NCBI GenBank assembly: GCA_050239825.1
Contig: JBFXGO010000034.1
Coordinates: 1 to 28,479, forward strand
Length of the DNA: 28,479 nucleotides
Source of the DNA: a bacterium
Lineage (GTDB): Bacteria; Hydrothermota; 32-111
Direction: 5' to 3'
Shown piece after piece: positions 1 through 9,700 of this stretch (positions within the stretch are counted from its first letter, which is position 1; each line of letters opens with the position of its first letter). A model generated the notes under the pieces. That model was not told the origin of the DNA, did no database searches, and worked only from the letters and a program-made list of their open reading frames with translations. Made by a program: the position numbers and the translations under genes.

Positions 1-65
1 CGTACATATCTCTCTATCTGCTCTCGCTCCGCTTCTGTTAAAACTATTCGCTCTGATATGTTCAT
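1..65 (-). CDS. 5' fragment of a probable IS630-family transposase (partial)
   Basis: ATG at 65-63, open to the window edge: MNISERIVLTEAEREQIERDMY. Only about 21 codons are visible. Confidence 0.5.
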   Translation of the reverse strand, partial: MNISERIVLTEAEREQIERYV

Positions 66-72
66 GCTTCAT

Positions 73-101
73 ATTATATCATACTCTTTGTTAAATGTCA
101 A
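73..101 (-). promoter_or_regulatory. Consensus sigma70 promoter for the putative transposase
   Basis: TTGACA (101-96), 17-nt spacer, TGn-TATAAT (78-73). The ATG lies 7 nt downstream of the -10. Confidence 0.8.
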
Positions 102-169
102 GAGATTTATGCGACACCACACTAGATTAAACTAAAAATACTTTTTTACCTGTTATTCTAACATTACTT

Positions 170-643
170 TTAGAATTGCCATTTTTCATTTTTCAAAAAA
201 TCTTCAAGTCCAATGCAATCAATTTCAAAATGCTTACAAACATTTGGTATTTTTGCGGCATTTGGCTTATACTCCTCTTGTGTAACTACCACAAATTTCT
301 TTATCTTAGCTTTTGCAATTACGAAAGGGTCAGCAACGGGAGTTCCTTTCAATACTGATTTTCTACTTATTAATTCGCTGAAACGATTAATCTTGAATAT
401 TTCTCTTACAAATTCCGCTTCTTCACTCGTTGGTACCTGAAATATAGATTCTCTCTCTCTACACCATTTTATATAATTAAATTTTTCACCTTGATAGGAT
501 TCTAATTCCAATTTTACTTCCCTTACAGATATTATTTTTTCATCATCAAGGTAATTATCAAATCTATCCCAAAATGTTCTAAACGAGTCTTTAAAATAAC
601 TCCTTGAAATGACAATGAATACACTTGTGTCAAAAACATACAT
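170..643 (-). CDS. DUF4411-family PIN-like domain protein (putative toxin/RNase)
   Basis: N-terminal YVFDTSVFI, then VKLELE, ADPFVIAKA, VVTQE and KIPNVCKHFEIDC: the acidic PIN-type residues and DUF4411 signature. Start overlaps the upstream stop (TAATG). Confidence 0.85.
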   Translation of the reverse strand: MYVFDTSVFIVISRSYFKDSFRTFWDRFDNYLDDEKIISVREVKLELESYQGEKFNYIKWCRERESIFQVPTSEEAEFVREIFKINRFSELISRKSVLKGTPVADPFVIAKAKIKKFVVVTQEEYKPNAAKIPNVCKHFEIDCIGLEDFLKNEKWQF

Positions 644-1764
644 TATAGGTTACTCTCTATTTTGTGTATAAATTTCTCTTTTATAGTCATATATTCACTT
701 GCTTGCGTGTAGCTAATTTTGTTCTGATAAAGATTTCTTAACACAAGTTCCATATATTTTTTTCCGAGATACTGCTTTTTATTGGCGTAATAATCTCCTC
801 CGCTTGTCTTAGCCTTTTTCTTAGGCATAGTCATCCGTATCTCTTCTTTTATTTTTAAAAATCCATTATTATTTATTTTCCCAATGATTAGTAATTTTCT
901 TAATATTACATCGTTACTAACTTTATATGTTAAAGACAATCTATTTACAAGTTCATAATCTATTTTTACTTTATCAGTTTGATTTTCAAAATCATCTGTA
1001 GGAACCAACAATTCTGCAGTAAGTTCATTTACTTTTCTCTCTACTTCATTATTATCAACAGTTTCAATATTCTCTCCATCAATAACACTAAATTTATTTG
1101 TAACTAAATGCATTAACTCATGAACGAGAGTGAATATTTGCCTATTTAGTGGCATTGAGTTATTCAAATATATTATTGGATATTTTTGATCATATATGCA
1201 AAAACCAGATATATCATCATATTTGAATGAATCTTTAAAAACAAAAACTCCACAATTTTGAATTTTATTACGCCATAATTCCAAGGCTTCTCTATATGTT
1301 TTCAATTTGCTAATTTCTTGCAAGGATACTCCTATTGTCCTTCTCACCTCATCAACCGATTTGTTTGAAAACAATTGCTCTAATTTAGATTCCATGTAAT
1401 CTTTTTCAGTTGATAATTCCTTTATATTGATTTGCATTTCTTCTGCTTTTCGAAGAATTTTTATAAAACTCGTGGGATAACTTTTCTCATCTTCTTGTGA
1501 AAGCATTCTGAATGATTTCAGGATATCGTCTTTAAAAGGAATTTCATCAAGAAAAAATATGACTATCGGTCGTCTATATATTTGATAAGCTAATTTTTCT
1601 AATTGAGAATATGTCGGATAGGCATCATTATTGACATTCTCCCAATCTTCAACAGTCTTTTCTTTTATACTCATTTTTTTTGCAACTGTTGTCAATGAAA
1701 GATTGAGACTCTCTCTTGCCCATAATAAATTATTTTTATTTATAGCTAAAGTGATTGATTTCAT
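643..1764 (-). CDS. XRE-family HTH fused to ImmA/IrrE (M78) metallopeptidase
   Basis: N-terminal HTH (LLWARESLNLSLTTVAKKMSIKEKTVEDWE...PTYSQLEKLA), RQIFTLVHELMH (HExxH) and EVERKVNELTAELLVP. Confidence 0.9.
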   Translation of the reverse strand: MKSITLAINKNNLLWARESLNLSLTTVAKKMSIKEKTVEDWENVNNDAYPTYSQLEKLAYQIYRRPIVIFFLDEIPFKDDILKSFRMLSQEDEKSYPTSFIKILRKAEEMQINIKELSTEKDYMESKLEQLFSNKSVDEVRRTIGVSLQEISKLKTYREALELWRNKIQNCGVFVFKDSFKYDDISGFCIYDQKYPIIYLNNSMPLNRQIFTLVHELMHLVTNKFSVIDGENIETVDNNEVERKVNELTAELLVPTDDFENQTDKVKIDYELVNRLSLTYKVSNDVILRKLLIIGKINNNGFLKIKEEIRMTMPKKKAKTSGGDYYANKKQYLGKKYMELVLRNLYQNKISYTQASEYMTIKEKFIHKIESNL

Positions 1765-1770
1765 ATAAAT

Positions 1771-1800
1771 ATTATATACATAAATGAATATTCAAGTCAA
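1771..1800 (-). promoter_or_regulatory. Promoter of the XRE/ImmA-PIN operon with a palindromic candidate operator
   Basis: TTGACT (1800-1795), 18 nt, TATAAT (1776-1771). Perfect palindrome TGAATATTCA at 1785-1794 in the spacer. ATG is 6 nt below the -10 with no SD. Confidence 0.6.
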
Positions 1801-1899
1801 TACTACAACTATCTTTGTATCTATCAAAATAATAAGAAAATTAGTTTTATTTGATTTTCTTTCAGAATGTTCATTTTCATTCTTTTTACCCCAAGATTT

Positions 1900-1931
1900 A
1901 AGAAGGGACAGTTTATACTGTCCCTTCTTTT
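1900..1931. terminator. Intrinsic terminator-like hairpin downstream of the LolA-like gene
   Basis: 12-bp perfect stem AAGAAGGGACAG-tttata-CTGTCCCTTCTT. Confidence 0.75.
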
Positions 1932-1987
1932 AAATAATTGACTCGCTCACGAAGTAAGGCGCATTAATCAAATTACATGAATACTTA

Positions 1988-2743
1988 TCAGAATTTCGGC
2001 ATGAGGCCTTTGAACATGTCCTGAACATTCACATCCGATTTCAGCTTCTCGGGGTCAAACAGGTCATCTGAAAGCTCTATGTTTATCTTCATTGTTTTTA
2101 TCTCTACTTCGCTCATCAGTTTCTCTTTTTCATATATTGAATACTTGCACGGCATTTTGTATCCCTCTATTGTCTTAACATCCGTGTAAATTGTTGTCAG
2201 CTTCTCTTCATCAATACTTGTGACGCTCTTCATCGGATATAACCCTGCTTTATTTATCCACATCCTGTTTGTTTCCACACCCTCTTCTTTTTCAACCAGT
2301 ATGTAGCAATTCTGTCCGTCTATTTTCTCGTCTCCCACATACTCCATATCTTCAACTTCCTCCCACCATTGACCGTCTTTCTCGCTCTCATACTTTTCAG
2401 CGTCTTTTCCTGACATCTTCTGTTTTCCCACCATGGGCAGAAGAGTCCAGATGTCCTTTCCATCATAGAGAACGGTTGTCACCATCGGCGGCTGACCCTC
2501 TTCCAGAGGGATTGACATTTCTATTCTGAATTTGTCATTCTTTCTGTGCATTTTGCTGTTCGTCACTATCTTGTCTTTCTCATTTATGACAGTTATTGTC
2601 TGATCCATCTCCATTGTCTTTATCTGTTTTTCAGCTCCATTGTACTCTGCCTTTATTTTATTCAGGATATCCGCCGTTGTTTCAGAAAAGCTCAAAACAA
2701 ACAATCCTGTGAGAGCGATGAGAATCAAAACTATTTTTTTCAT
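1988..2743 (-). CDS. LolA-like outer-membrane lipoprotein-sorting/carrier-fold protein
   Basis: Signal peptide, KFRIEM, VLYDGKDIW, VGDEKIDGQNCYIL, RMWINK and a C-terminal INIELSDDLFDP typical of LolA-like families. RBS GGAGG. Confidence 0.7.
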   Translation of the reverse strand: MKKIVLILIALTGLFVLSFSETTADILNKIKAEYNGAEKQIKTMEMDQTITVINEKDKIVTNSKMHRKNDKFRIEMSIPLEEGQPPMVTTVLYDGKDIWTLLPMVGKQKMSGKDAEKYESEKDGQWWEEVEDMEYVGDEKIDGQNCYILVEKEEGVETNRMWINKAGLYPMKSVTSIDEEKLTTIYTDVKTIEGYKMPCKYSIYEKEKLMSEVEIKTMKINIELSDDLFDPEKLKSDVNVQDMFKGLMPKF

Positions 2744-2793
2744 TTAAACCTCCAAATGTAATTGCTTTTGACCAAATATAAAACTTATTTTTA

Positions 2794-2821
2794 AGTATAA
2801 CATATAATCACTAATTTTCAA
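2794..2821 (-). promoter_or_regulatory. Putative promoter for the LolA-like gene
   Basis: TTGAAA (2821-2816), 16 nt, extended TGn-TATACT (2799-2794). Confidence 0.45.
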
Positions 2822-2830
2822 TATGCAGTT

Positions 2831-4963
2831 TTAAAAGGAATAGTGAAAACTTCCTGAAACAGAGAGATAATTTGATTTTACATCACTTGAATTAAAAAAG
2901 AATGTTTCAGAAAGAAACATTTTAAAGGAAAACATTTTTAAAGAAAGAAGCATGCCCGAACCTGCAACATACCTGCTCTTGGCGAATGATGTTGTATCAT
3001 CGTTAAATTCAGCTGACAGAGAAAATTCCGGACTCAATAGATTAAAGAGATTGTTGTACCATGTTTTTATGCAGTACCTGTTTGAAGTTATGTCTTTTGC
3101 ATTTCCCTTAGTTTCCCTTCCGGAGATGGTAAATCCCGTATATAAATCCCGGTATATGCCTGAACTCGCATCAAGAACAAAGCTTCCTGTGGAAAAGTTA
3201 TTGCTGTCATCCTCTGTGAGTTTGTAATTCAATTGATCCATCATAAGCGCCAATCTTGTCTTCGCATTAAAAATAAAGAAGTCACCGGAGATTACTGACC
3301 GGAAGCCGTACATTCTCTGATTGAAACTCTGTAAATCGTTTGTCATATTATTCCAGAGTTTGTCCATGTAGGTTATTGAAACTATCGGCAGATTTTTTTG
3401 TGAGAAGAGCATAAAAAAGTCCATGCTCCTTTTTTCAGGTGTTCTTAAGTTCAAAGAGAGCGAATCTTTCTCGTATGAGAGATTTGCATCAGCTCCCAAA
3501 ATAAGCCTATCCATAAAAAGCGGAGAGTCAAATTTGAAAGATAATATTCTTCTGCCGGACTCTGAGGGAAGCAGATAAAACGCTTCAAAATTGTCTGAGA
3601 CATCGGAAAACTGAAGAAACATATTCAGATACCGCGAAAATATCCTGCCGCTTATTCTTTGGGAGTAAGCCGCAAAGAGCGAATCATTGAATTCGATATT
3701 CCAGCCGCTCAGATTGCTTTTTGTCGAGTCGGGAACAAATCTTCTCAATGAAGCGAATCCGCCGCTGTATGTGAGAACAGCTTTTTCATCAAAGAGAGAG
3801 AGCTTGTGTGAATGCGAAAGAACAATATCATCATTTTTATATAATTCATTCTCAGCAAGTGAATCATCTGCAAATCTTTTGACTTTTATTTCAGAATCCC
3901 ACACTCGGCTTTTGAATTTTGCTGATAATTGGGTTGTTGTTTTGCTCTTCTCTGAGTTAAGAGCATAAATTTTATCATTCAAACTTCCGATTCCGAAAGA
4001 AAATCTTAAATTCCATATTGAGGCGGATGCTTTAACTCCAAGATATGGAATACCGTTGTCAAAACAATTTTCACAGAATGGTTTTATGATACCAGCCTCA
4101 ACCGATTGAGAATAAAATCCCACTGCCGCATAATAATCCTCAAGCATGTTTTTTGATTTTTCCGAAGTATTCCCCAAAACAGCATTCAATTTATAATAGA
4201 ATGAAGAGAGACCGCCATAGAGTGAAAGAAGCAGACTGCCCCTGTAATAAGAATCAATGCGACTTTCATAACCCGAATAAGCGGACAATTTGCCATTGAA
4301 GAGACTCTTAAAGAGAGCCGAAGAAGCAAAATTGAAATAGTATGTTTTTAAAAGAATTCCATCATTTATCACATCAAATCTATACCTGCGCGGCTGAAAA
4401 ATTCTTCCGGGATTGTATGTCAGAAGCTTCTTTCCCACCATGCATTTTTCAGTTACATCCTCGCCATCGACAATAAGATTCAACTCTCCTGCTTTTCCCT
4501 CAATATATACCGCAAAAAGAAAATCCTCAGCTGTAAGATTTGTCTCTGATGAGGGAGAGAGAAGTATTGCGTCATTTTTTTTATAGACATCCTCCTTCTT
4601 TCGCGTCACCTTATTCTTAAGTCTGTCCGCAGGAAGCTTCGGAAAGATAAAAAGTTCGTTATCCTTTCGCGTCACCTCAAAATAGTAATAGAAATCGGAT
4701 TTCGGAAGGATGTTAAATGGCACTGAAACAGAAGCTGTTTTGTCATTCATTTCCATTTCATACCTTTGCTCTTTGTCTGACTGCGATTCCGAAATAACAA
4801 GGAAGATTTCTTTTACTGAGAAGTAGCCCTCATTGATTTTAAGAACCATGCTGAAATTCTCTTCCTCATAAAGCTCATCTATTAAAGCATGAGCGACCTT
4901 AATCTCCTGAGAAAATGCTGCAAGAGACAAAACAAGAAACAATGCAGAGACAACCTTTTTCAT
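2831..4963 (-). CDS. Hypothetical exported protein, probable outer-membrane beta-barrel with N-terminal soluble domains (710 aa)
   Basis: Signal peptide ending AAFS-Q. Alternating aromatic/polar strands over the C-terminal ~490 aa, ending LSVSGSFHYSF with terminal Phe (beta-signal-like). ATGA overlap with the upstream gene. Confidence 0.6.
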   Translation of the reverse strand: MKKVVSALFLVLSLAAFSQEIKVAHALIDELYEEENFSMVLKINEGYFSVKEIFLVISESQSDKEQRYEMEMNDKTASVSVPFNILPKSDFYYYFEVTRKDNELFIFPKLPADRLKNKVTRKKEDVYKKNDAILLSPSSETNLTAEDFLFAVYIEGKAGELNLIVDGEDVTEKCMVGKKLLTYNPGRIFQPRRYRFDVINDGILLKTYYFNFASSALFKSLFNGKLSAYSGYESRIDSYYRGSLLLSLYGGLSSFYYKLNAVLGNTSEKSKNMLEDYYAAVGFYSQSVEAGIIKPFCENCFDNGIPYLGVKASASIWNLRFSFGIGSLNDKIYALNSEKSKTTTQLSAKFKSRVWDSEIKVKRFADDSLAENELYKNDDIVLSHSHKLSLFDEKAVLTYSGGFASLRRFVPDSTKSNLSGWNIEFNDSLFAAYSQRISGRIFSRYLNMFLQFSDVSDNFEAFYLLPSESGRRILSFKFDSPLFMDRLILGADANLSYEKDSLSLNLRTPEKRSMDFFMLFSQKNLPIVSITYMDKLWNNMTNDLQSFNQRMYGFRSVISGDFFIFNAKTRLALMMDQLNYKLTEDDSNNFSTGSFVLDASSGIYRDLYTGFTISGRETKGNAKDITSNRYCIKTWYNNLFNLLSPEFSLSAEFNDDTTSFAKSRYVAGSGMLLSLKMFSFKMFLSETFFFNSSDVKSNYLSVSGSFHYSF

Positions 4964-5607
4964 CTCACCTCAAGAGTTATTCTTTTCTTTTGTGACTTCT
5001 GATTCTCCATCTCTATCTCAATGGTTTCATAATCATTTTCAATGATTGATTCAATTATCTCACCTTCTGATGCAATCATTTTATAGGGAGTTGCCTCTTT
5101 CAAAATAATTCCCATCTCTTTGCTTTTAAGATTCGCCTCTCCGTGCGCATTTTCTATTCTGCACTCTCCTTTTATGCACACAACCCTCACCGTATCACCT
5201 GAAGAGTGAACATAGAGCGCTGCTGAATCAGCTTCTATTACGGATTCTTTTGCATCAATCCTAAGAATGCTATTTGATACTGATGCAAGAACGGAACCCT
5301 TGACAAGAGAGACCGCCTTCTCGTAAATGCCTCCGAATGAGAACATTGAAACAGATGCTTCGCTCTCTCCGCCAAAGAGAAGAAATCCGTCATTATCTAT
5401 GAATCTCATTTTCATGTATCCGTTTCCCAAAGTTATCATTCTGTCATTCTGCCGGATAATGTCTCCCCTCTTTATGAGCTCCAACTCTCCATCGGTAAAC
5501 TTCGCCGCCTCTCCCTTTGATTTTTCCACAAATCCGGTCTCTTCTGTCTGAGAGAAGCATATCAGCGGAATGACAATCGATAAAAAAACAACCATCCGTA
5601 CTGTCAA
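4960..5607 (-). CDS. Secreted FecR-domain protein
   Basis: Signal peptide ICFS-Q, then KRGDIIRQNDRMITLGNGYMKMRFID, LVKGSV and VRVVCIKGECRI, which fit the FecR beta-domain pattern. Coupled to neighbours by ATGA overlaps. Confidence 0.7.
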   Translation of the reverse strand: MTVRMVVFLSIVIPLICFSQTEETGFVEKSKGEAAKFTDGELELIKRGDIIRQNDRMITLGNGYMKMRFIDNDGFLLFGGESEASVSMFSFGGIYEKAVSLVKGSVLASVSNSILRIDAKESVIEADSAALYVHSSGDTVRVVCIKGECRIENAHGEANLKSKEMGIILKEATPYKMIASEGEIIESIIENDYETIEIEMENQKSQKKRITLEVR

Positions 5608-6200
5608 TTCTGCCTCACTCTTGTTTTTATTCTTTTGGAAGTTCTGATTGCATTGAGAATCTCAAGAAGCTCTCTGTTGGTGGGAATAATGCCGTTTATG
5701 CTTATAGAGCCATTGAATGAATAACCCTCCTCCACAGCGTTTTTGTACTCTTCGCTTTCCTCGAATATTAAAGAGACAAGATGCCTCCTGTAATCAGATT
5801 TCTGTTGCAAAGAGTAGGACAGAATTTTGAAATATCCGCAGCTACTTCTTTCCTCTTTTGCTTCACCATTATCCGTATTTACACCCTCAATAAACCAGGC
5901 ATACAGCACACCTTCGGAGAATTGATAATCCGCATAGTGATAAGATGCGTCTGTGACATCCGATTTGTATAAAGGAAAAGAATTATAGATCTCGTTTTTA
6001 GAATAGTAATCTCTTACTTCCACAATCTTGAGCGTGCAGACGCCGGAGCTTTTAAAAATGAAAAGGGGGTTTTCAATGGGGGCACAGTCCTTTGAAGAGA
6101 GCGGATAAAATATTTCAGGTCCTGTAGAGGACTGAGAAAAGAGAAGCAGGGATGATGATAAAATCAGAGATAAAAAAAATATAATGCGTGTTTTATTCAT
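5604..6200 (-). CDS. Hypothetical secreted protein with an Ig/FN3-like segment (198 aa)
   Basis: Start re-called to MNKTRIIFF (ATG 6200, overlapping the GNAT stop). Signal peptide LLFS-Q, then YPL..NPLFIF...CTLKIVE...EGVLYAWFIEG. Confidence 0.65.
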   Translation of the reverse strand: MNKTRIIFFLSLILSSSLLLFSQSSTGPEIFYPLSSKDCAPIENPLFIFKSSGVCTLKIVEVRDYYSKNEIYNSFPLYKSDVTDASYHYADYQFSEGVLYAWFIEGVNTDNGEAKEERSSCGYFKILSYSLQQKSDYRRHLVSLIFEESEEYKNAVEEGYSFNGSISINGIIPTNRELLEILNAIRTSKRIKTRVRQN

Positions 6201-6723
6201 CTTTTGATATAAGCGACATAAAAAGCAGGTCCACATACTTTCCGTCTTTGAATGAGTGCTTTTTAAACCTTCCTTCAAGCTTAAATCCGAGTTTTTTGTA
6301 CATGCTGACAGCTTTCCTGTTGAAGGCATATACTTCAAGACACACTTTATGCACTTGAAGATTTTTGAAGGCATAATCAATCAGAAGTTTTGAAGATTCA
6401 TAGCCGAACCCCTTTCCCTGAAATTCCGGGGATATGCTTATGGTGAGCATAGTTCTTCTGTTATGCCAGCTGAAATCGTGAAGAAGTATTGCTCCGGCTC
6501 TTTCACCTGACTTCTTATCTGAAATTATCAGAAAGATCTCCTTCTTTCTATTCATGGACTGAATCGTCTCCAATATCGCCTCCTGATTTCTCGGAAACCT
6601 CTCAGCCAGATTTTTTCTTATATCATCCGAATTTATAAGGTTCTCGACAAAACCGAGATCCGCCTTTGATGCTGGGCTCAGAATGCATTTTTTTCCTGAG
6701 AGAAATACCGCTCTTTTTTTCAT
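6193..6723 (-). CDS. GNAT N-acetyltransferase, RimJ/RimL (SpeG-like) family
   Basis: PEFQGKGFG acetyl-CoA motif, NRKAVSMYKKLGFKLEG and DGKYVDLLFMSL. RBS GGAG. Confidence 0.9.
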   Translation of the reverse strand: MKKRAVFLSGKKCILSPASKADLGFVENLINSDDIRKNLAERFPRNQEAILETIQSMNRKKEIFLIISDKKSGERAGAILLHDFSWHNRRTMLTISISPEFQGKGFGYESSKLLIDYAFKNLQVHKVCLEVYAFNRKAVSMYKKLGFKLEGRFKKHSFKDGKYVDLLFMSLISKDE

Positions 6724-6737
6724 ACAATCTCCGCCTT

Positions 6738-6765
6738 AAAAAGAGGGGGCGTTTAGCCCCCCCTA
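6738..6765 (-). terminator. Intrinsic terminator after the giant repeat gene
   Basis: Minus strand AGGGGGGGC-taaac-GCCCCCTCT-TTTT, immediately followed by the GNAT RBS. Confidence 0.75.
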
Positions 6766-6775
6766 TTTATGTGTT

Positions 6776-9700
6776 TCAGTTAACCTTTACTATCTTATGA
6801 AGTTTGCTGTACCTTTGGTTGTCGGTACCGTTAATAATGACTCTGATGAAGTAGATTCCGTTTGCAAGATTCTTGCCTGAATCAGATTTTCCATTCAGAG
6901 AGAACTGATGGAATCCTTTGTCAAGGAGACCCTTAAAGATGGTCTTTACTGCTCTTCCCGACGCGTCATAGACGACTATCTCGGCATTTGACAGAAGAGG
7001 AACTTCAAGCGTGAGAATCTCTTTCCCGCTGAAAGAAATCTCTGAAGATGTCTTCACATTGAATATTTTAGCAACAGGCGCCTTTGAAACCTCGGCATCG
7101 GCTATTCCTGCGGCTGAGTTTATTCTGAAGGAATCAGAGACATAGTAAATGAAACTGTTCGAACTGCTTGTCAGCTTCATCCTGCAATTCTGAGAAGAGT
7201 AGCCGGCCGGCACAGTCCATTCATAGTTTCCTGCATTGGTCAGGTTGGCGACTATGTTTGTATATTGAACTCCTCCGTCATAAGACAAGTCAAGGTTGAC
7301 CTGTGTGATAGAGCCCAGAGTAGTCCATGTGACAAAGTACTTCTTTGTTGTGTTGAAACTGTCAGCAAGTGCAGGCGAAGTAAATGTCACTATAGGTTTG
7401 GTGATGATGAATGTGTCTGATACTGCGAAAATGTCTGCCTGTGCGGAATTTCCTATCTTGATAAGGGCAGAATCCGATGAGGCGATTGCAGGCACAGTCC
7501 ATTCGTATGAGCCGTCATTGGTTTCACCTGTCGCAATCGTGTTCCACTGGACTCCTCCGTCCGTTGAGTACCACAGATTCGCGCTGGTGAATGTTCCTTT
7601 AGTCCTCCATGTGAGGAAGTATTTTCTCCCTGCAATAAATGTGTCCGTAGATGTCGGGCAGGTTATTGTCATATTTTGGGGAAGTATCGTGAACTGGCTT
7701 GACACATCATTAACAAGAGAGTTGGCGGGATTGGAAATCCTCACAAGACACTCTGTTGAATTTGCCGAAGGCAGAGTCCACTCATAGTAGCCGTTGTTCG
7801 TTGCAGATGTGGCTATGTATGTCCAATCGGTTCCGTTGTTGAGCGAGTACTCTATGTCAACCGTGGAAAGGGTGCCGTTCCATCTCCATGTGATATAGTA
7901 TTTGTTTCCAGATAGATATTGGTCCCCGCTTATCGGAGAAAGAATATCTATCGTCTGCGAAGGAATTGTGAAGAGAGGGCTGGTTCCGTAAACATCAGTG
8001 CTTGAATAGTTAATCACCTGCACAAGACAATTAACTGAAGGAGTGTTTGGAACTGTCCACTCATAACTGCCAGTGTTTGAAAGATTGTCGGTTATTAGAT
8101 TCCAGTCAGTCCCTCCATTATACGAATACTGCAGACGCACTGTGGCTATGGAGCCTACATTTGACCATGTCAGATAATATTTCCTTCCGATAATCCAGTT
8201 GTCTCCTGCAAGAGGGGAATTCACAAGGATTGACTGCGGCACTATGCTGAATAAGGAGCTTTCTCCCAAAATATTCTCATTGGCAGAATTGGTTACTCTT
8301 ACTATACACTGTGCTGAAACTGCATTTGGAACAGTCCATTCATAGCTGCCGGTATTGGCAAGATTTGAAGAGAGAAGATTCCATGTCGAACCATTGTTGA
8401 CAGAATAATAGACATTGACATTTGCCACAGTTCCGTCGGTAAGCCATGTGACATAGTACTTTCTGCTTACTACGAACTGGTCTCCTAATTTCGGAGAAAT
8501 CACATTGATGTTTTGAGAGATAATCTCAAATGTGTCGCTCGATTTCTCAACTGCGGCATTTGATGCATTGGAAACATTTATCATTGCATTTGATGAGGCG
8601 GCCGCTGTTGTCGGTACTGTCCATTCGTAATATTTTGCATTTGCCGTTGATTCGACCAAAGGATTCCACACCGCACCTCCATCAAGAGAGTACTGCAGTT
8701 TTACATTGGCTATAGAACCGTTATTTCTCCATGTAATGCCATACTTCCTTGTCAGCATCCATGAGGATGATGAAACAGGAGATGTGATTTCAATCGTCTG
8801 CGGCACTATGGCAAAAGTGTCTGAGATGTCATTCATTGAGGCATTCGCTGAATTTGAAATTCTTATCAAACCTGAAGCTGTTACATAGTCGGGCACAGTC
8901 CATTCATAGTTTTTCGTATTCGCAGTTCCTGCTGATATGGCAGTCCAGTTTGACCCGCCGTCGATTGAGTATTCAATGACAACATTGGAGATAGTTCCCG
9001 TATTTGTCCATGTTATATAGTATTTCGACCCTACTACCATGTTGTCTGTATTCACAGGAGATGTAACATTAATTGATTGAGGGATTATTTCAAATTGAGC
9101 GGATGAGGCATTTACGGTTGTTCTGACTTTATTTGTGAGTTTGACCCTGCAGAGTGAACTTGAAACTGAGGGAATCGGATTCCATTCAAGATATTGATTT
9201 CCCGCAGGAATTGATGAGGAAATTACATTCCAGCTAAAACCGTCATCAGTAGAATATTCCGCTGTCAGAGTGTCAATCACACCTGTATAATCCCATGTTA
9301 TGTATTTCCTTGCTGTTGCCGTATATGACTCCGCCGAGTATTGCGATGTCACATTGAGAGTCTGGGGAACTATTGTGAATGCCGGTCCGAATCCAAGCAC
9401 TGAAGAATTCTCATATCCGGCGATGCGCACCAAGCAGTTTGAAGACGGAGTATTTGGCACTGTCCATTTGAATGTTTTCAATGAAGCTTGAACAGTATCT
9501 ATAGGAGTATATGTCGCGCCTCCGTCTGTAGAATATGAAATCACAACGCTGTCAGCCGCACCCATTGTTGACTGCCATGTGATGTACCTCTTGTTTCCTA
9601 TAACCAGTGTATCCTGATTTTCGGGTGAAAAGACGCTTATCATAGGATAGTTTATTGCGAACTGGTTTGAAACAGCATTGACTGAAATATTGCTTGAATT

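Larger units (their letters stand above)
1..124 (-). mobile_element. Left end of a probable IS630-family insertion sequence (runs off the window start)
   Basis: Minus strand from 125 reads CTAG-TGTGGTGTCGCATAAATC, a TA/CTAG-flanked end of the kind seen in IS630 elements. It is followed by a consensus promoter and an ORF start MNISERIVLTEAEREQIER resembling the I.LT.EER..LE N-terminus of IS630 transposases. The other end and the DDE domain are outside the window. Confidence 0.55.

Noticed and set aside
1..72. Alternative minus-strand frame from ATG 72 (MKHEHIRANSF...)
   Set aside because: This ATG abuts the -10 box and would not be transcribed from the consensus promoter, and the peptide has no recognisable similarity.
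6201..6380. Extended start of ORF 5604..6380
   Set aside because: It overlaps the GNAT gene out of frame. The signal peptide begins at ATG 6200.
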